This document shows, piece after piece, positions 25,001 through 33,581 of a DNA stretch of 36,392 nt. Both the position numbers and the translations under genes were made by a program. Location of the stretch: positions 108,585 through 144,976 of the IMG/VR virus record IMGVR_UViG_3300002307_000022; one strand, given 5' to 3'. Below the pieces are notes generated by a model that was given only the letters and a program-made list of their open reading frames with translations, ran no database searches and had not been told where the DNA came from. Position 1 is the stretch's first letter, and every line of letters begins with the position of its first letter. Source of the DNA: a virus.

Positions 25001-28000
25001 AACGGCATGTTTTGGCAGTATGATGGAATAAGATTGTCAGTAGTAAAGCGTTCAAGCACTTTCCAAATTGCAGGATCTATTGCGCTAGCAACAAATTCAA
25101 ATCAAGTTTTTGGAACAGGCACTAGATTCACACAACAATTAGCAACTGGGGATCGCATAGTTATAAGAGGCATGACACACGTAGTTAGCTTGATTACTAG
25201 CGACACTAACATGAGCATCACTCCTGATTATAGAGGAACAGTTGATCTTACATCAGCAAAAGTCGCTAAAACAAATGATCTAATCGTGCCGCAAGAGTAT
25301 TTTAATAGAGACACACTTAACGGAAAAGGTGATAGTGGATACAATGTAGATATTACAAAGATGCAGATGATTGGAATACAGCACACATGGTATGGTGCGG
25401 GATTTATAGATTTTATGCTACGTGGATCTGATGGAAATTACGTTTTTGCACACAGATTCCGTAATTCTAATTATAACACTGAAGCATATATGCGTTCAGG
25501 TAACCAACCAGTAAGGTATGAAGTTATTAACGAAGGTGCTAAAGATAAATTATCAGCAGCAATTACTGCATCTGATACTGTATTACCTTTGACAAACACC
25601 TATTTCTTTCCACCTGCGGGAACAGTATGCATTGACTCTGAATTAATATCCTACACCGCTAATAATGGAACAGCATTAGTTGGCTGCACTAGAGGAACTA
25701 CACTAACACAATTTGCTGCAGGATCTAATAGAACATTCTCAGGAAGCGTTGCATCATCGCACGCATTTAATAGCGGTGTTATATTAGTATCAAATACTAT
25801 CACTCCTATCATTAGTCACTGGGGATCAGCATACATGATCGACGGACAGTTTGATAGTGATCGCGGTTACATATTCAACTATGCTGCTACAGGAGTTAAT
25901 GCTAGTACAAGTACCAATACTGCATTCCTAATACGTCTAGCACCTAGCGTAAGTAATGCACAGACTGGAGATTTAGGTGTACGTGAACTGTTAAATCGTG
26001 CGCAGATGTTGCTTTCAAACATATCTATCACTAGTGATTCAGTAAGTGGCGGCGGCGCAATAGTTGTACAGGGAATACTAAATCCTATCAATTATCCATC
26101 AGATCCAACACTAATTACTTGGACTGGGTTAAATTCACTAGGTGCTGGTGGACAGCCAAGCTTTGCTCAGATAGCATCAGGAGGTTCTGTTAGCTGGGGC
26201 GGTGGAGCAAGTACTGCTAATGCTACTGTGCAAGGTGCATTTACTAGCAGTATAACTGCTGTTAGCTTTGCTTCAGCTACTACTAACTTAACCGCAGTAT
26301 CATTTAGTCCTGTACAGCAAACAGTAAGTGCAGTTAGCTTTAATATTTTTAGCACTGGATCAGCTACTAGCTTTGGTATACAACAATCAGTAACAGCACC
26401 TGCTGTTACTCTAATACAAAATAGCACATATCAATTTGCTTTCCAAAACACAAGAAATGATTTCCTATTTCCGCAATCAGTATACGCTGCATTTACAACT
26501 CCGATCGCAGTAGGTGATGTTATATCTGTACCTACATATGTTACAGGCGCACAGACTATAGCAAGCATAACACCAAATTATATCACTATAAATTCAGTAA
26601 CATATGTGCGTATAGTAATGAGTGCAAATGCTAATGCGTCTAGCGCAACAAATACAGCAGTTTCTAGCATATTAATTACTAATCCAACTGGAGCAATATA
26701 TAACAGTGCGTTAAGCACAGGTAGGAATGATTTTCTAATACCTCAAACTACGTTTGCAGCATTTAGTCCTGCTGTAGTAGTAGGAGATAGATTATTTGCG
26801 ACAACTTATATTACTGCTGGGCAGACTATAAATTCTATAAATCAAAACTATGTCACATTAGCTGGTGTAGCGTATTGTCAGATAGTTATGAGTGCGATTG
26901 CTAACTCAACTAGCACAGCTAATACTTTAAATAGTGTCGGAGCTCAAAATATTACTGTGACCTTTACTAATGCATCGAGCTTCACTTATAACAATGCATT
27001 TAGCTCATCGAGATCAGATTTCTTAATAACTAACACTGCATATGCTGCACTTACTACTACATTAGCAGTGGGTGACATTGTTAGCGCCAGCTCGTATGTA
27101 GGCGGCGGACAGACTATATCAAGCATAACCTCAAGCTATGTTACATTTAATAGTATACCTTATACTAGGATTGTAATGAGTGCAAATGCTACTAGCACTA
27201 GTCCAGCAGCTGCTACTACAAACGCACAGAATATATCAACAACGATTACTAACGCATTAAGTAACACATATAATACAGCAGTAAGCCAATCTAGGACAGA
27301 TTTCCTAATAACGCAAACACAATATGCAGGAATATCTATCGCAGTTACTGACGCTTTAACAAATGCTACATATATTAATACTGCACATTCTATATCAAGT
27401 ATAACTCCAAATTTTGTTACTATTTCTGGAACAGTATATGCTAGGATTGTAATGAGTTCTCCTGCAAATACTACATCAACCGGCGGAACGGGTAATAATA
27501 TTACTATCGTAGCAACTTCCTCATCAACAGCTACATATGGATCAGCATTAAACAGTACTAGGTCTGATTTCTTAATTACTGACGCTCAATATGCTACGAG
27601 TGGTATATCAACTAGTGATATTTTATCATTAAATACCTTTATCACTGGTTCACAAACTATATCAACAATAACCCAATCATTCGTAACAATTAATTCGGTT
27701 AGTTATACTAGGATAGTTATGAGTGCTGTTGCAAACTCAACCAGCACTAGTGGTGCAGGACAGAATCAAACTATTACTGTAACTGCTGCTGGTTCTGCAG
27801 CTACTTACGTTAGCACTAACTATCTATTCTTTACTTCAAGTAGTTGGTTAACATCAAGTGCTACGCTTGGTACTAAGTTAGCAGTTTCTTATACACAGTT
27901 TCCAGCAGGAACATCAGTAGCAGCAGTTAGTTCTAGGACATTTAACAGTGCTATTAGCACCGTTACAAACGCAGCAAGTTCAGGTGGAGGATCTACTGTA

Positions 28001-28489
28001 ACTTATACTTTAACAGGTTCAAGTATATATCCTGTAGGGTCAACAGTTACAGTTAGTGGAATAACAGGCGGTACTGCTATGAATGGTACTTTTGTAGTAA
28101 CATCGAGCGTAGCCGGAACACTAATCGTAACTAGTACTGGATCAGGAACACCTAGTAGCTATTCCGGCGCATCTGTGGTAGGTGCTACTGTTTATCGTGC
28201 AACATTTACACAGACAGCAAACACAACTATCTCAGCTGGAGCAACACCTACATTCCAGTTTGGTGCTGCATATGCACTACCTGGAGAACAGGTATTCTCG
28301 TTCGTTAATAACCCGGGAAATACTGATCAGCTAGATCTAAGTGGATTGAAAGAAATGACTTCAACTGCTATTGGCGGAAGAGGTACATTCCCTAATGGTC
28401 CGGACGTTTTAGCTATCAATGTTTATAAAGTTAGTGGATCAGCAACACCAGTTAACGTAATTCTACGTTGGTCAGAAGCACAGGCTTAA
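22049..28489 (+). CDS. Large multidomain virion protein (2146 aa), putative fibre or adhesin
   Basis: N-terminal MAKK....Y.F.P / LIITNTTRN.ILYNF module, HG[FC]..G small beta domains, G.GY repeats, a lectin-like middle region (WYGAGFIDF...HRF), and five ~90-95-aa repeats near the C-terminus. Confidence 0.75.
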   Translation: MAKKQILTYKFVPGNSTPTTSLYPNARFLINANKKFIQEEAIAYVQNNVANNIQPYTSYVYDANLLRTEISNTLDGFTNDLRHGANTLTVFNANQYWKYGVELVVASPLAATYSYISNMIRNYILTNTDFNNLQTTVSQVINNAYVSETASYSAFSALSLIITNSILSGTSTIPAIINDRGYIKLSGNYHQNDMLIITNTTRNTILYNFADPSSPTEITYTDTYDSDFPGALYGNDKVSTVWLDYDTSNMLLSDDIQVFVEVENLPVRLNPIATDAMERMKVGIPQSMLDADFEYGLQPTKWQTIGLMRNYPSIYEIPNSDQTVINVTTDASSGNTGNAGASLITVTTQNSHGFSVNQPFTIKALAVSVSGFNRAEGSFLVNSIPSANTFTYYAKSKVGTNSGDIISTNYTQLRTGAFYTGAAVGTPQFSVYSNGSSGTITTSLITPTGSNTIAFTGTPPLVGAPLSGTGIATGTQITSVSGSGSTVATTSLSVTANIGDSSITVNSATGIGTGLAINRGDGRAAIVTNVVGNTLTLSTALTSTILGSSQSFPSQTPTIISGSGVGAVFDIARVSDTVYSASIVSAGTGYKTNDVLKVLGTNLGGSSPANDATITVLTASNRNSVASLDLNTINPGQGYYYNTYNTVAYTGSGSGLTVQVTDLIVTFNDGNGNVQYGIKNLSIVNPGSGYAIGDYIQIGIDTDFHGGQVTIATVSAGGLIQSVSVAGTPISIGLVSFISAFTINTPTTSQIASGNTGITYSAIPTIQISFQPAHGFIPGDTITVQITSSDTNAQLAAGAFFVEQVPSPTTILYTARAAGTIANTLTGFVYGRPDSYFIHRPFDGGVQLGTGGPAHGATAIRMSKKYIRYQSGKGVMYNTGALFAPSYNIASITSTGTAIGSIITVTMDDVDHGCQVGGSIDLSGVNTSGYNGNYIVFSIITERVLTIIAKQVLGNTSALIGNPCVLSVRNWHGATVRAGIFDDQNGMFWQYDGIRLSVVKRSSTFQIAGSIALATNSNQVFGTGTRFTQQLATGDRIVIRGMTHVVSLITSDTNMSITPDYRGTVDLTSAKVAKTNDLIVPQEYFNRDTLNGKGDSGYNVDITKMQMIGIQHTWYGAGFIDFMLRGSDGNYVFAHRFRNSNYNTEAYMRSGNQPVRYEVINEGAKDKLSAAITASDTVLPLTNTYFFPPAGTVCIDSELISYTANNGTALVGCTRGTTLTQFAAGSNRTFSGSVASSHAFNSGVILVSNTITPIISHWGSAYMIDGQFDSDRGYIFNYAATGVNASTSTNTAFLIRLAPSVSNAQTGDLGVRELLNRAQMLLSNISITSDSVSGGGAIVVQGILNPINYPSDPTLITWTGLNSLGAGGQPSFAQIASGGSVSWGGGASTANATVQGAFTSSITAVSFASATTNLTAVSFSPVQQTVSAVSFNIFSTGSATSFGIQQSVTAPAVTLIQNSTYQFAFQNTRNDFLFPQSVYAAFTTPIAVGDVISVPTYVTGAQTIASITPNYITINSVTYVRIVMSANANASSATNTAVSSILITNPTGAIYNSALSTGRNDFLIPQTTFAAFSPAVVVGDRLFATTYITAGQTINSINQNYVTLAGVAYCQIVMSAIANSTSTANTLNSVGAQNITVTFTNASSFTYNNAFSSSRSDFLITNTAYAALTTTLAVGDIVSASSYVGGGQTISSITSSYVTFNSIPYTRIVMSANATSTSPAAATTNAQNISTTITNALSNTYNTAVSQSRTDFLITQTQYAGISIAVTDALTNATYINTAHSISSITPNFVTISGTVYARIVMSSPANTTSTGGTGNNITIVATSSSTATYGSALNSTRSDFLITDAQYATSGISTSDILSLNTFITGSQTISTITQSFVTINSVSYTRIVMSAVANSTSTSGAGQNQTITVTAAGSAATYVSTNYLFFTSSSWLTSSATLGTKLAVSYTQFPAGTSVAAVSSRTFNSAISTVTNAASSGGGSTVTYTLTGSSIYPVGSTVTVSGITGGTAMNGTFVVTSSVAGTLIVTSTGSGTPSSYSGASVVGATVYRATFTQTANTTISAGATPTFQFGAAYALPGEQVFSFVNNPGNTDQLDLSGLKEMTSTAIGGRGTFPNGPDVLAINVYKVSGSATPVNVILRWSEAQA
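26420..27790 (+). repeat. Five ~90-95-aa protein repeats (Y..A....R.DFL ... QTI.SI...YVT.....Y.RIVMS..AN.TS)
   Basis: R.DFL anchors at about 26453, 26723, 27011, 27293 and 27560. Confidence 0.9.
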
Positions 28490-28851
28490 TCTTCTACTTT
28501 ATAGCTTGGAGTAATTAAAAAAGTGTCGGCAGTTAAATCAGCTGTCGACACTTCTGATATCATACTACCGTCTGTTATAGCTTCTAGTTGGTGGGGTCTA
28601 AGAGGTTGACAATGCCAAGTCATACCTTCACTAAGTACGCTTTCTTTATTTTCAGCAGTGTCAGTATCTATCCATCGTAGGATAAATTTGCCTGTATTAA
28701 CAAACCAGGTCTTATCTTTGATTTTATGGAAATGTAAGCTGGTCCTATTTCCAGCTTTAGGAAATACTAGCATTTTAGCACAATAATTTTCAGTATTGGC
28801 CCATACTATCTCATAACCCCAGTTTTTTTCAATTAAACCTTGCTTTGACAT
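28486..28851 (-). CDS. Cupin-fold protein (mannose-6-phosphate isomerase-like), 121 aa
   Basis: K.WG.E..W, SLHFH..KD.TW (cupin motif 1), P..PHQL (motif 2) and EVST. Confidence 0.8.
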   Translation of the reverse strand: MSKQGLIEKNWGYEIVWANTENYCAKMLVFPKAGNRTSLHFHKIKDKTWFVNTGKFILRWIDTDTAENKESVLSEGMTWHCQPLRPHQLEAITDGSMISEVSTADLTADTFLITPSYKVED

Positions 28852-28875
28852 AATATGATTATACTATAGGTTTTG

Positions 28876-29313
28876 TTATTTGTCAACCATCAGATCCAGC
28901 ATTTCAAAGATCGTATCTAATTTAGCACGTATGATTTTACTGCCTACTGTGTTTTTTATACCTTGATGTACTGGCCTCGGCCAATGATCCATTTCGCACC
29001 ATGCCCATCCCTTGTGCTCATCACTGAGTACAGGAACAAATTCTTCTTTAACGATGCACACATATGTTTGGAAATTAAAATGTTCATCATCGCTTACAAA
29101 TGTTTCTAATGGTAGTGACTTTAATGTATCTGGAAAAGCACCTATCTCTTCGATAACTTCTCTCTGTAGAGCCTGCCAAACCGATTCGTTGGGATTGACT
29201 TTACCGCCTACTAGACCCCATACTCCCTCTTTTTTACCTGAGGCTTTTTGTAAAAGTAAGAATCTTTTTGTAGATCTGCTGAGGAACAGTGCTCCACTAC
29301 TCTTTATCTTCAA
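28876..29313 (-). CDS. NUDIX hydrolase (~145 aa)
   Basis: Nudix box GGKVNPNESVWQALQREVIEEIG and downstream LSDEH..WAW. The start is better placed at TTG 29313, which overlaps the upstream TGA and has SD GGAGGA 7 nt before it. Confidence 0.9.
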   Translation of the reverse strand: MKIKSSGALFLSRSTKRFLLLQKASGKKEGVWGLVGGKVNPNESVWQALQREVIEEIGAFPDTLKSLPLETFVSDDEHFNFQTYVCIVKEEFVPVLSDEHKGWAWCEMDHWPRPVHQGIKNTVGSKIIRAKLDTIFEMLDLMVDK

Positions 29314-30679
29314 AGAACAATCCTCCAAGATCCTGCAAAGTACTCACCGTCAATGCTCTTGGTCCAAGATATTCCATCCCATTTATACTGTATCTGTGTT
29401 TTTAGATTTAACACATAAGTTGTGTCCGTTGCAGTTTGACCATCAAATACTATATTCCATTTGTCGCCGTCCCATTCTATTATATCGTTTCCGTTAGCAT
29501 AAAAATCAACACCACCTCGGCTTCTCCAAGCTGACGGTCCAGTTCCTTGGGGGTTAGTATTACTTCCTATAGCACCTAGAATTAGATACCTAGTGCCTGT
29601 AACTATATTACCCGGAGCATATTTTGTAGGATCAACTATCGCATCTATAGTACTCTTTCCGCTTATGATAGTATTCGTTGGATACGTATCTGGATCCCAG
29701 TTTACTAGCATTACGCTGTTATCTACAGGATCGATACTACAAGTACCAACTACATCATATCCTGATGCCTGTTTGAGGTGTATCTGACTTACGCCTGCTT
29801 TAAATTCTCCATATAGATCTAATAATGCAAACCAACTAGTATCTAACCCGTATTTTACATTTGGTTCTATAGCAGTGTGGCTTATGTTTTCATATCCGGC
29901 TAATAATTTTATCTGATTAGCCATAACAAACACACCGAAATTTCCTGGAGTTACATTTACTCTAGCAACAGGTTCACCAAATAAGAAATTAGGATCTATA
30001 ACACCAGTAGAATTTTCAGAAAATATATTAGTGATAATACTAGTAATAACACCAAGTTTTTTCACTTTGGCTGGCGGACTTATCCATATAGGAGTATCAA
30101 ACCCTAGCGTTGATATTTCTATATCGCTATCTACTCCGACAGGAATTGATCTATTACTCCACTGTACTTCAGATAGATAGACAACAGTGAGGCTAGTCCA
30201 GTCTATATAATTGTCTGTAGTTTGTATTTCTAAGCTAGGATTAAACAGCTGTACTATCTGTTCTATAATCTGCATCTTCTGTTCGGTGTTAGTAGACCAT
30301 ATGTCTGCTTTTACCCTGAGATTAAATGGCGTGGGCATTATCCTCTCAACGGTATAATTTTGACCTTGTGTGTTAGTATACTGTCCTGTTACAGGATCAA
30401 TACCTCGCTCTCGAATTTGTATATTTTGTGTATAACTAGCATCTTGCAGACGTTTAGTATCTAGAGTTAGTCCAGTTACATATACACTTATCCTAGGTGC
30501 GCTAGGTAGTTTATTTTCACTATTATCTCTTAATATACTACTAACGTTCCTGCTGATATCTCCGTAGAGTACAGGAACTGTTTTTAATGTACCGTCGCCA
30601 GCTTGTACTTTAAACCCACTGAGCATCCTTATCATCTGTGATAGATAGCGCCTTAGCTGGCCGTCATAAAAAAATCCAC
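29310..30679 (-). CDS. Tail completion / sheath stabiliser, T4 gp15-like, with C-terminal extension; start anomalous (GTG 30679 needs a -1 shift, first in-frame ATG is 30635)
   Basis: FFYDGQLRRYLSQMIRMLS, VPV.YG, PR.S....GL..D..R, P.P.NL.....IW.......QI.EQI..LF.P match gp15-family motifs; gene order neck then gp15 is as in T4. Confidence 0.75.
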
Positions 30680-30682
30680 TGC

Positions 30683-31237
30683 TTACCCTCCAGATTTGCG
30701 ACTAAGCGCCTTAGTAGCATGGGCTTGTCTTCTATTTGCAGCACCTTCAATGCCATAAATTTCTTCCCAAGTCATACCTTGTTTTTTACCTTTATTTGAC
30801 GATGTTCCGCCCTTATTCGGATGAGTTTTTCCTAACATTGCTCCGCCGTCTTTTCTTATCCAAGTATCAGTGCCCAGTTCTCTTCGCTTTGCGTGAGCAT
30901 TTTTTTGAGCTATACTCATGCGTTTTATACTTTCTAGATTATGTGTTTTATTATCTCCAGGAGTCCTTATATTAAATCCGTTATTAATAGAATCATATTC
31001 TATTACATATTTTTCTTCTAAAATATTTAACTCTTCTAGAGAGACAGCATTTTTATCTATCACTTCAAAGATAAAAGAATCAATACCATATTTCTTTATA
31101 GCATTATGAAAATGATAAGTTTTTTCACTATATCTACTACCGCTAATATGTTCTAATCTACGATGGTTAGGATCTTGTATAGTTTGACCTATATAAGAAC
31201 GCCCCGAATCTATATGTGTAAACTTATAGATATACAT
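30683..31237 (-). mobile_element. Free-standing GIY-YIG (Seg-like) homing endonuclease gene, 184 aa
   Basis: YIY(10 aa)YIGQT, R..EH, FHNAIKKYG..F.FEVI, LEE..[VI].....NGFN catalytic-domain motifs; basic NUMOD3-like tail (KTH..ESIKRMS, MLGKTH). Inserted between two structural genes. Confidence 0.88.
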
Positions 31238-32754
31238 TAAAAATCTGCCCTAGGTAATAGCGCCTTGCTAAGTGCTTGGCGTTCAGGTATACTGTCACTG
31301 TATATAGTCCAAGATATAACATCGCCTACTAATAAAACATACTGTGTTTGGAAAGCTAGATATCCGTCGACACTTGTTGGCGGGTTTGTTGGCATATTTG
31401 TCTCGTTTACGAACACTTTAACATTATATTTCTTATCATAACTTGTCCTAGTTGTAACGAGACTATTTTTTAGATCTACTTCAGCAGTTGGTGAAGTTGG
31501 ACCAAAATAACGAGCAGGATTAGCTATCACGGTATCTCTAGCAATAGCATTAAGACCTGTAATATTTGTATTATTAATAAATCCAGTTTTTTGTGTCGCT
31601 CTAGTATCTGTTTGTGTCATAGTCATTGCCACATTATCCTCAAACACTATCCATCTTTTACCGTCATATCTAAACATCCTGTTTGGTAGATAGTCTGTCC
31701 TTAGATAAAAATCACCAGTAGCAGCAACTGGAGGAAATGCTATACCAAACCCAAAAGGTAATCCATTAGGCGGATAACCTTGTCCAAGCATATAGCCTTG
31801 GTAACCAGGCTTTAAAGGAGGTGGATTAACTACATCTATTGATTGACTGCTATCGATAGGAATATCTGTATTGTCTACCGTAAGAAGTGAACTCTGTCCT
31901 TTATCGTTTAATGCTAATGTATAATAATTATTGGTGTTGTAACCGCTTACCGGAGCATTAGATTCTGCTTCAGTTACTACACCTTCGTTAAGCAACATTT
32001 CGATATTATATGAACTCATCATAGAACGTAAATTATTACTGGAATCTTGCGGAGAAAAATAGCTTTCATTTGGAGGATTTACACCTGTACATTGTGCAGT
32101 AACAGTATACAAGATGCCTGCTGATTTGACTGTTTGTCCAGGATAATAAGTAGTAGCAGCATTATATGTACCAGCATAATTGTCTGTGTTGCTCGGCATA
32201 TCTAGTATATCTTTAAATTCTTGGCTATCTATGATAGGTTTAAGTTTTAATCTATAAAGATGTGGATACCAAGTGACTGAAAATCCTTCAGCTGCTCTAT
32301 TGATATCTTCAACTACATAAAATCTTTTTAATCCGTAAGCAAAACTGTTAAGAGCATAATCGTCAATTAAATGTGGAAGTTCTATCACATCGCCGCTCAT
32401 AACTTTCCTACCTAGCGTCTCTACGCTATTATTAATATGGATAGTCATAAAGATCGTATCGTTTTGTAAAAATAAACCAAACTGGCTGAGATTAAAATCT
32501 ATGTCTTGTACGTTATAGACTCCTCGCATTACATATACTGTCTGATCGTACTTGCGATCTCTATTTTCTAGAAAAAGTACATCTTGTATAGTAGTTGGGC
32601 TAGTTGCTTGATCTGGGTTAGCAGGATCTGCGGGACCGATATATTTGTGGAAATAAACATCTGTTCCGCCAACTTGGAACTGTTCATAGACAGTTTTGTC
32701 TATAAATTTGTAGTCATTACCGCGTTCAGGTTTATAATTTGAAAGTCTAGGCAT
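31237..32754 (-). CDS. Neck / head completion protein, T4 gp14-like, with insertions (505 aa)
   Basis: G.DV...., D.LFLE....KY, LSQFGL...D.....H and GD.I.LP resemble gp14-family motifs; located upstream of the gp15-like gene. Confidence 0.6.
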   Translation of the reverse strand: MPRLSNYKPERGNDYKFIDKTVYEQFQVGGTDVYFHKYIGPADPANPDQATSPTTIQDVLFLENRDRKYDQTVYVMRGVYNVQDIDFNLSQFGLFLQNDTIFMTIHINNSVETLGRKVMSGDVIELPHLIDDYALNSFAYGLKRFYVVEDINRAAEGFSVTWYPHLYRLKLKPIIDSQEFKDILDMPSNTDNYAGTYNAATTYYPGQTVKSAGILYTVTAQCTGVNPPNESYFSPQDSSNNLRSMMSSYNIEMLLNEGVVTEAESNAPVSGYNTNNYYTLALNDKGQSSLLTVDNTDIPIDSSQSIDVVNPPPLKPGYQGYMLGQGYPPNGLPFGFGIAFPPVAATGDFYLRTDYLPNRMFRYDGKRWIVFEDNVAMTMTQTDTRATQKTGFINNTNITGLNAIARDTVIANPARYFGPTSPTAEVDLKNSLVTTRTSYDKKYNVKVFVNETNMPTNPPTSVDGYLAFQTQYVLLVGDVISWTIYSDSIPERQALSKALLPRADF

Positions 32755-32759
32755 TGTAG

Positions 32760-32781
32760 TATTTATTGCTAACGATAAATA
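32760..32781. promoter_or_regulatory. Back-to-back divergent late promoter boxes
   Basis: AATAAATA on - (32760-32767) and GATAAATA on + (32774-32781) within a 54-nt gap between divergent genes. Confidence 0.75.
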
Positions 32782-32808
32782 CGTTACATAAGATTGTTAG
32801 GTATAAAA

Positions 32809-33357
32809 ATGGCTCAAGTGATAATTAATCTAGGTGTTGCAGCAAATACGCAAACTGGTGATACAGTGCGATTAGCTTTTGATAAAGTAAATCAAAATTT
32901 TACAGAAATTTATTCTACGCTTAATCCTGGACTGATCCCAGACCAAACCGGTAATAGTGGCAAAGTGCTCAGCACCAACGGAGACAATTTAACGTGGGTT
33001 TCTCCTAATCAAGCACGATTAGTAAATGGCGGACATACTGTAACGCTCAATAGTAGCGGAATGTTAACAGCGGAAAACATCACTGCTAATAATATAACTA
33101 ACAATATCTTAACAACAAATCAAATAAATGCATCAAACACCAATGGAAATTTTGTTTTACAGAAAAATGGAAATTTTTGGAGTTTTGACATCGCAGGTAA
33201 CTTAACATTACCACCAGGCGGATTAATCAAAAATAGCGATGGAACACAATATGCAGGCGGTAGCAGCGGTAATGATGTTTCTATACTCATAGACGGTGGA
33301 TTTCCAACAAGCGTGTTTGATGGTACACAAGTAATCATAGATGGGGGTCTTGTTTAA
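32809..33357 (+). CDS. Fibre or connector protein with T4 gp9/gp10-like N-terminus (~182 aa)
   Basis: IN.G.AAN..TGD..R.AF.KVN.NF.EIY motif; ATG 32809 with SD AGGT preferred to TTG 32794; ends with two IDGG motifs. Confidence 0.72.
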   Translation: MAQVIINLGVAANTQTGDTVRLAFDKVNQNFTEIYSTLNPGLIPDQTGNSGKVLSTNGDNLTWVSPNQARLVNGGHTVTLNSSGMLTAENITANNITNNILTTNQINASNTNGNFVLQKNGNFWSFDIAGNLTLPPGGLIKNSDGTQYAGGSSGNDVSILIDGGFPTSVFDGTQVIIDGGLV

Positions 33358-33581
33358 TGGGAGAGATTTTATCTTTTCCTACTACACACTATAATGGTGG
33401 AGATCTGCAAATAGGAGATGTGTACCAAGCTCCTAATGGTATCGCATATATGTACGACGGTGACAAATGGATTACTGGCGGAGTGCAGTACGCAATAAGT
33501 AGCATAAATATACAGATAGACGGGGGGTATCCCGGCAGCACATATGAAACAGAATTAGTAATAGACGGGGGCTTGGTATAA
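33357..33581 (+). CDS. Small structural linker protein (74 aa)
   Basis: TAATG coupling to the previous gene; L.FP......G..Y...NG..Y.YDG.KW module followed by two IDGG motifs. Confidence 0.7.
   Translation: MGEILSFPTTHYNGGDLQIGDVYQAPNGIAYMYDGDKWITGGVQYAISSINIQIDGGYPGSTYETELVIDGGLV

Noticed and set aside
4004-26427. Many short - strand ORFs and alternate-frame ORFs in the supplied track
   Set aside because: They are antisense or off-frame shadows of Thr/Gly/Ser-rich genes, with no RBS or promoter and low-complexity V/P/L translations.
29012-31109. + strand ORFs overlapping the NUDIX, gp15-like and endonuclease genes
   Set aside because: They lie wholly antisense to genes with clear family motifs and have no independent support.
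30683-31237. Group I intron housing the GIY-YIG gene
   Set aside because: The ORF fills the whole gap (TAATG overlap upstream, 3 nt to the GTG downstream), leaving no room for a ribozyme core. The U/G splice junctions I tried did not restore the downstream frame.
33503-33510. CATAAATA as an internal late promoter for the 666-aa gene
   Set aside because: It lies inside a coding region in AT-rich sequence and the downstream gene is already coupled to its neighbour, so it cannot be distinguished from chance.
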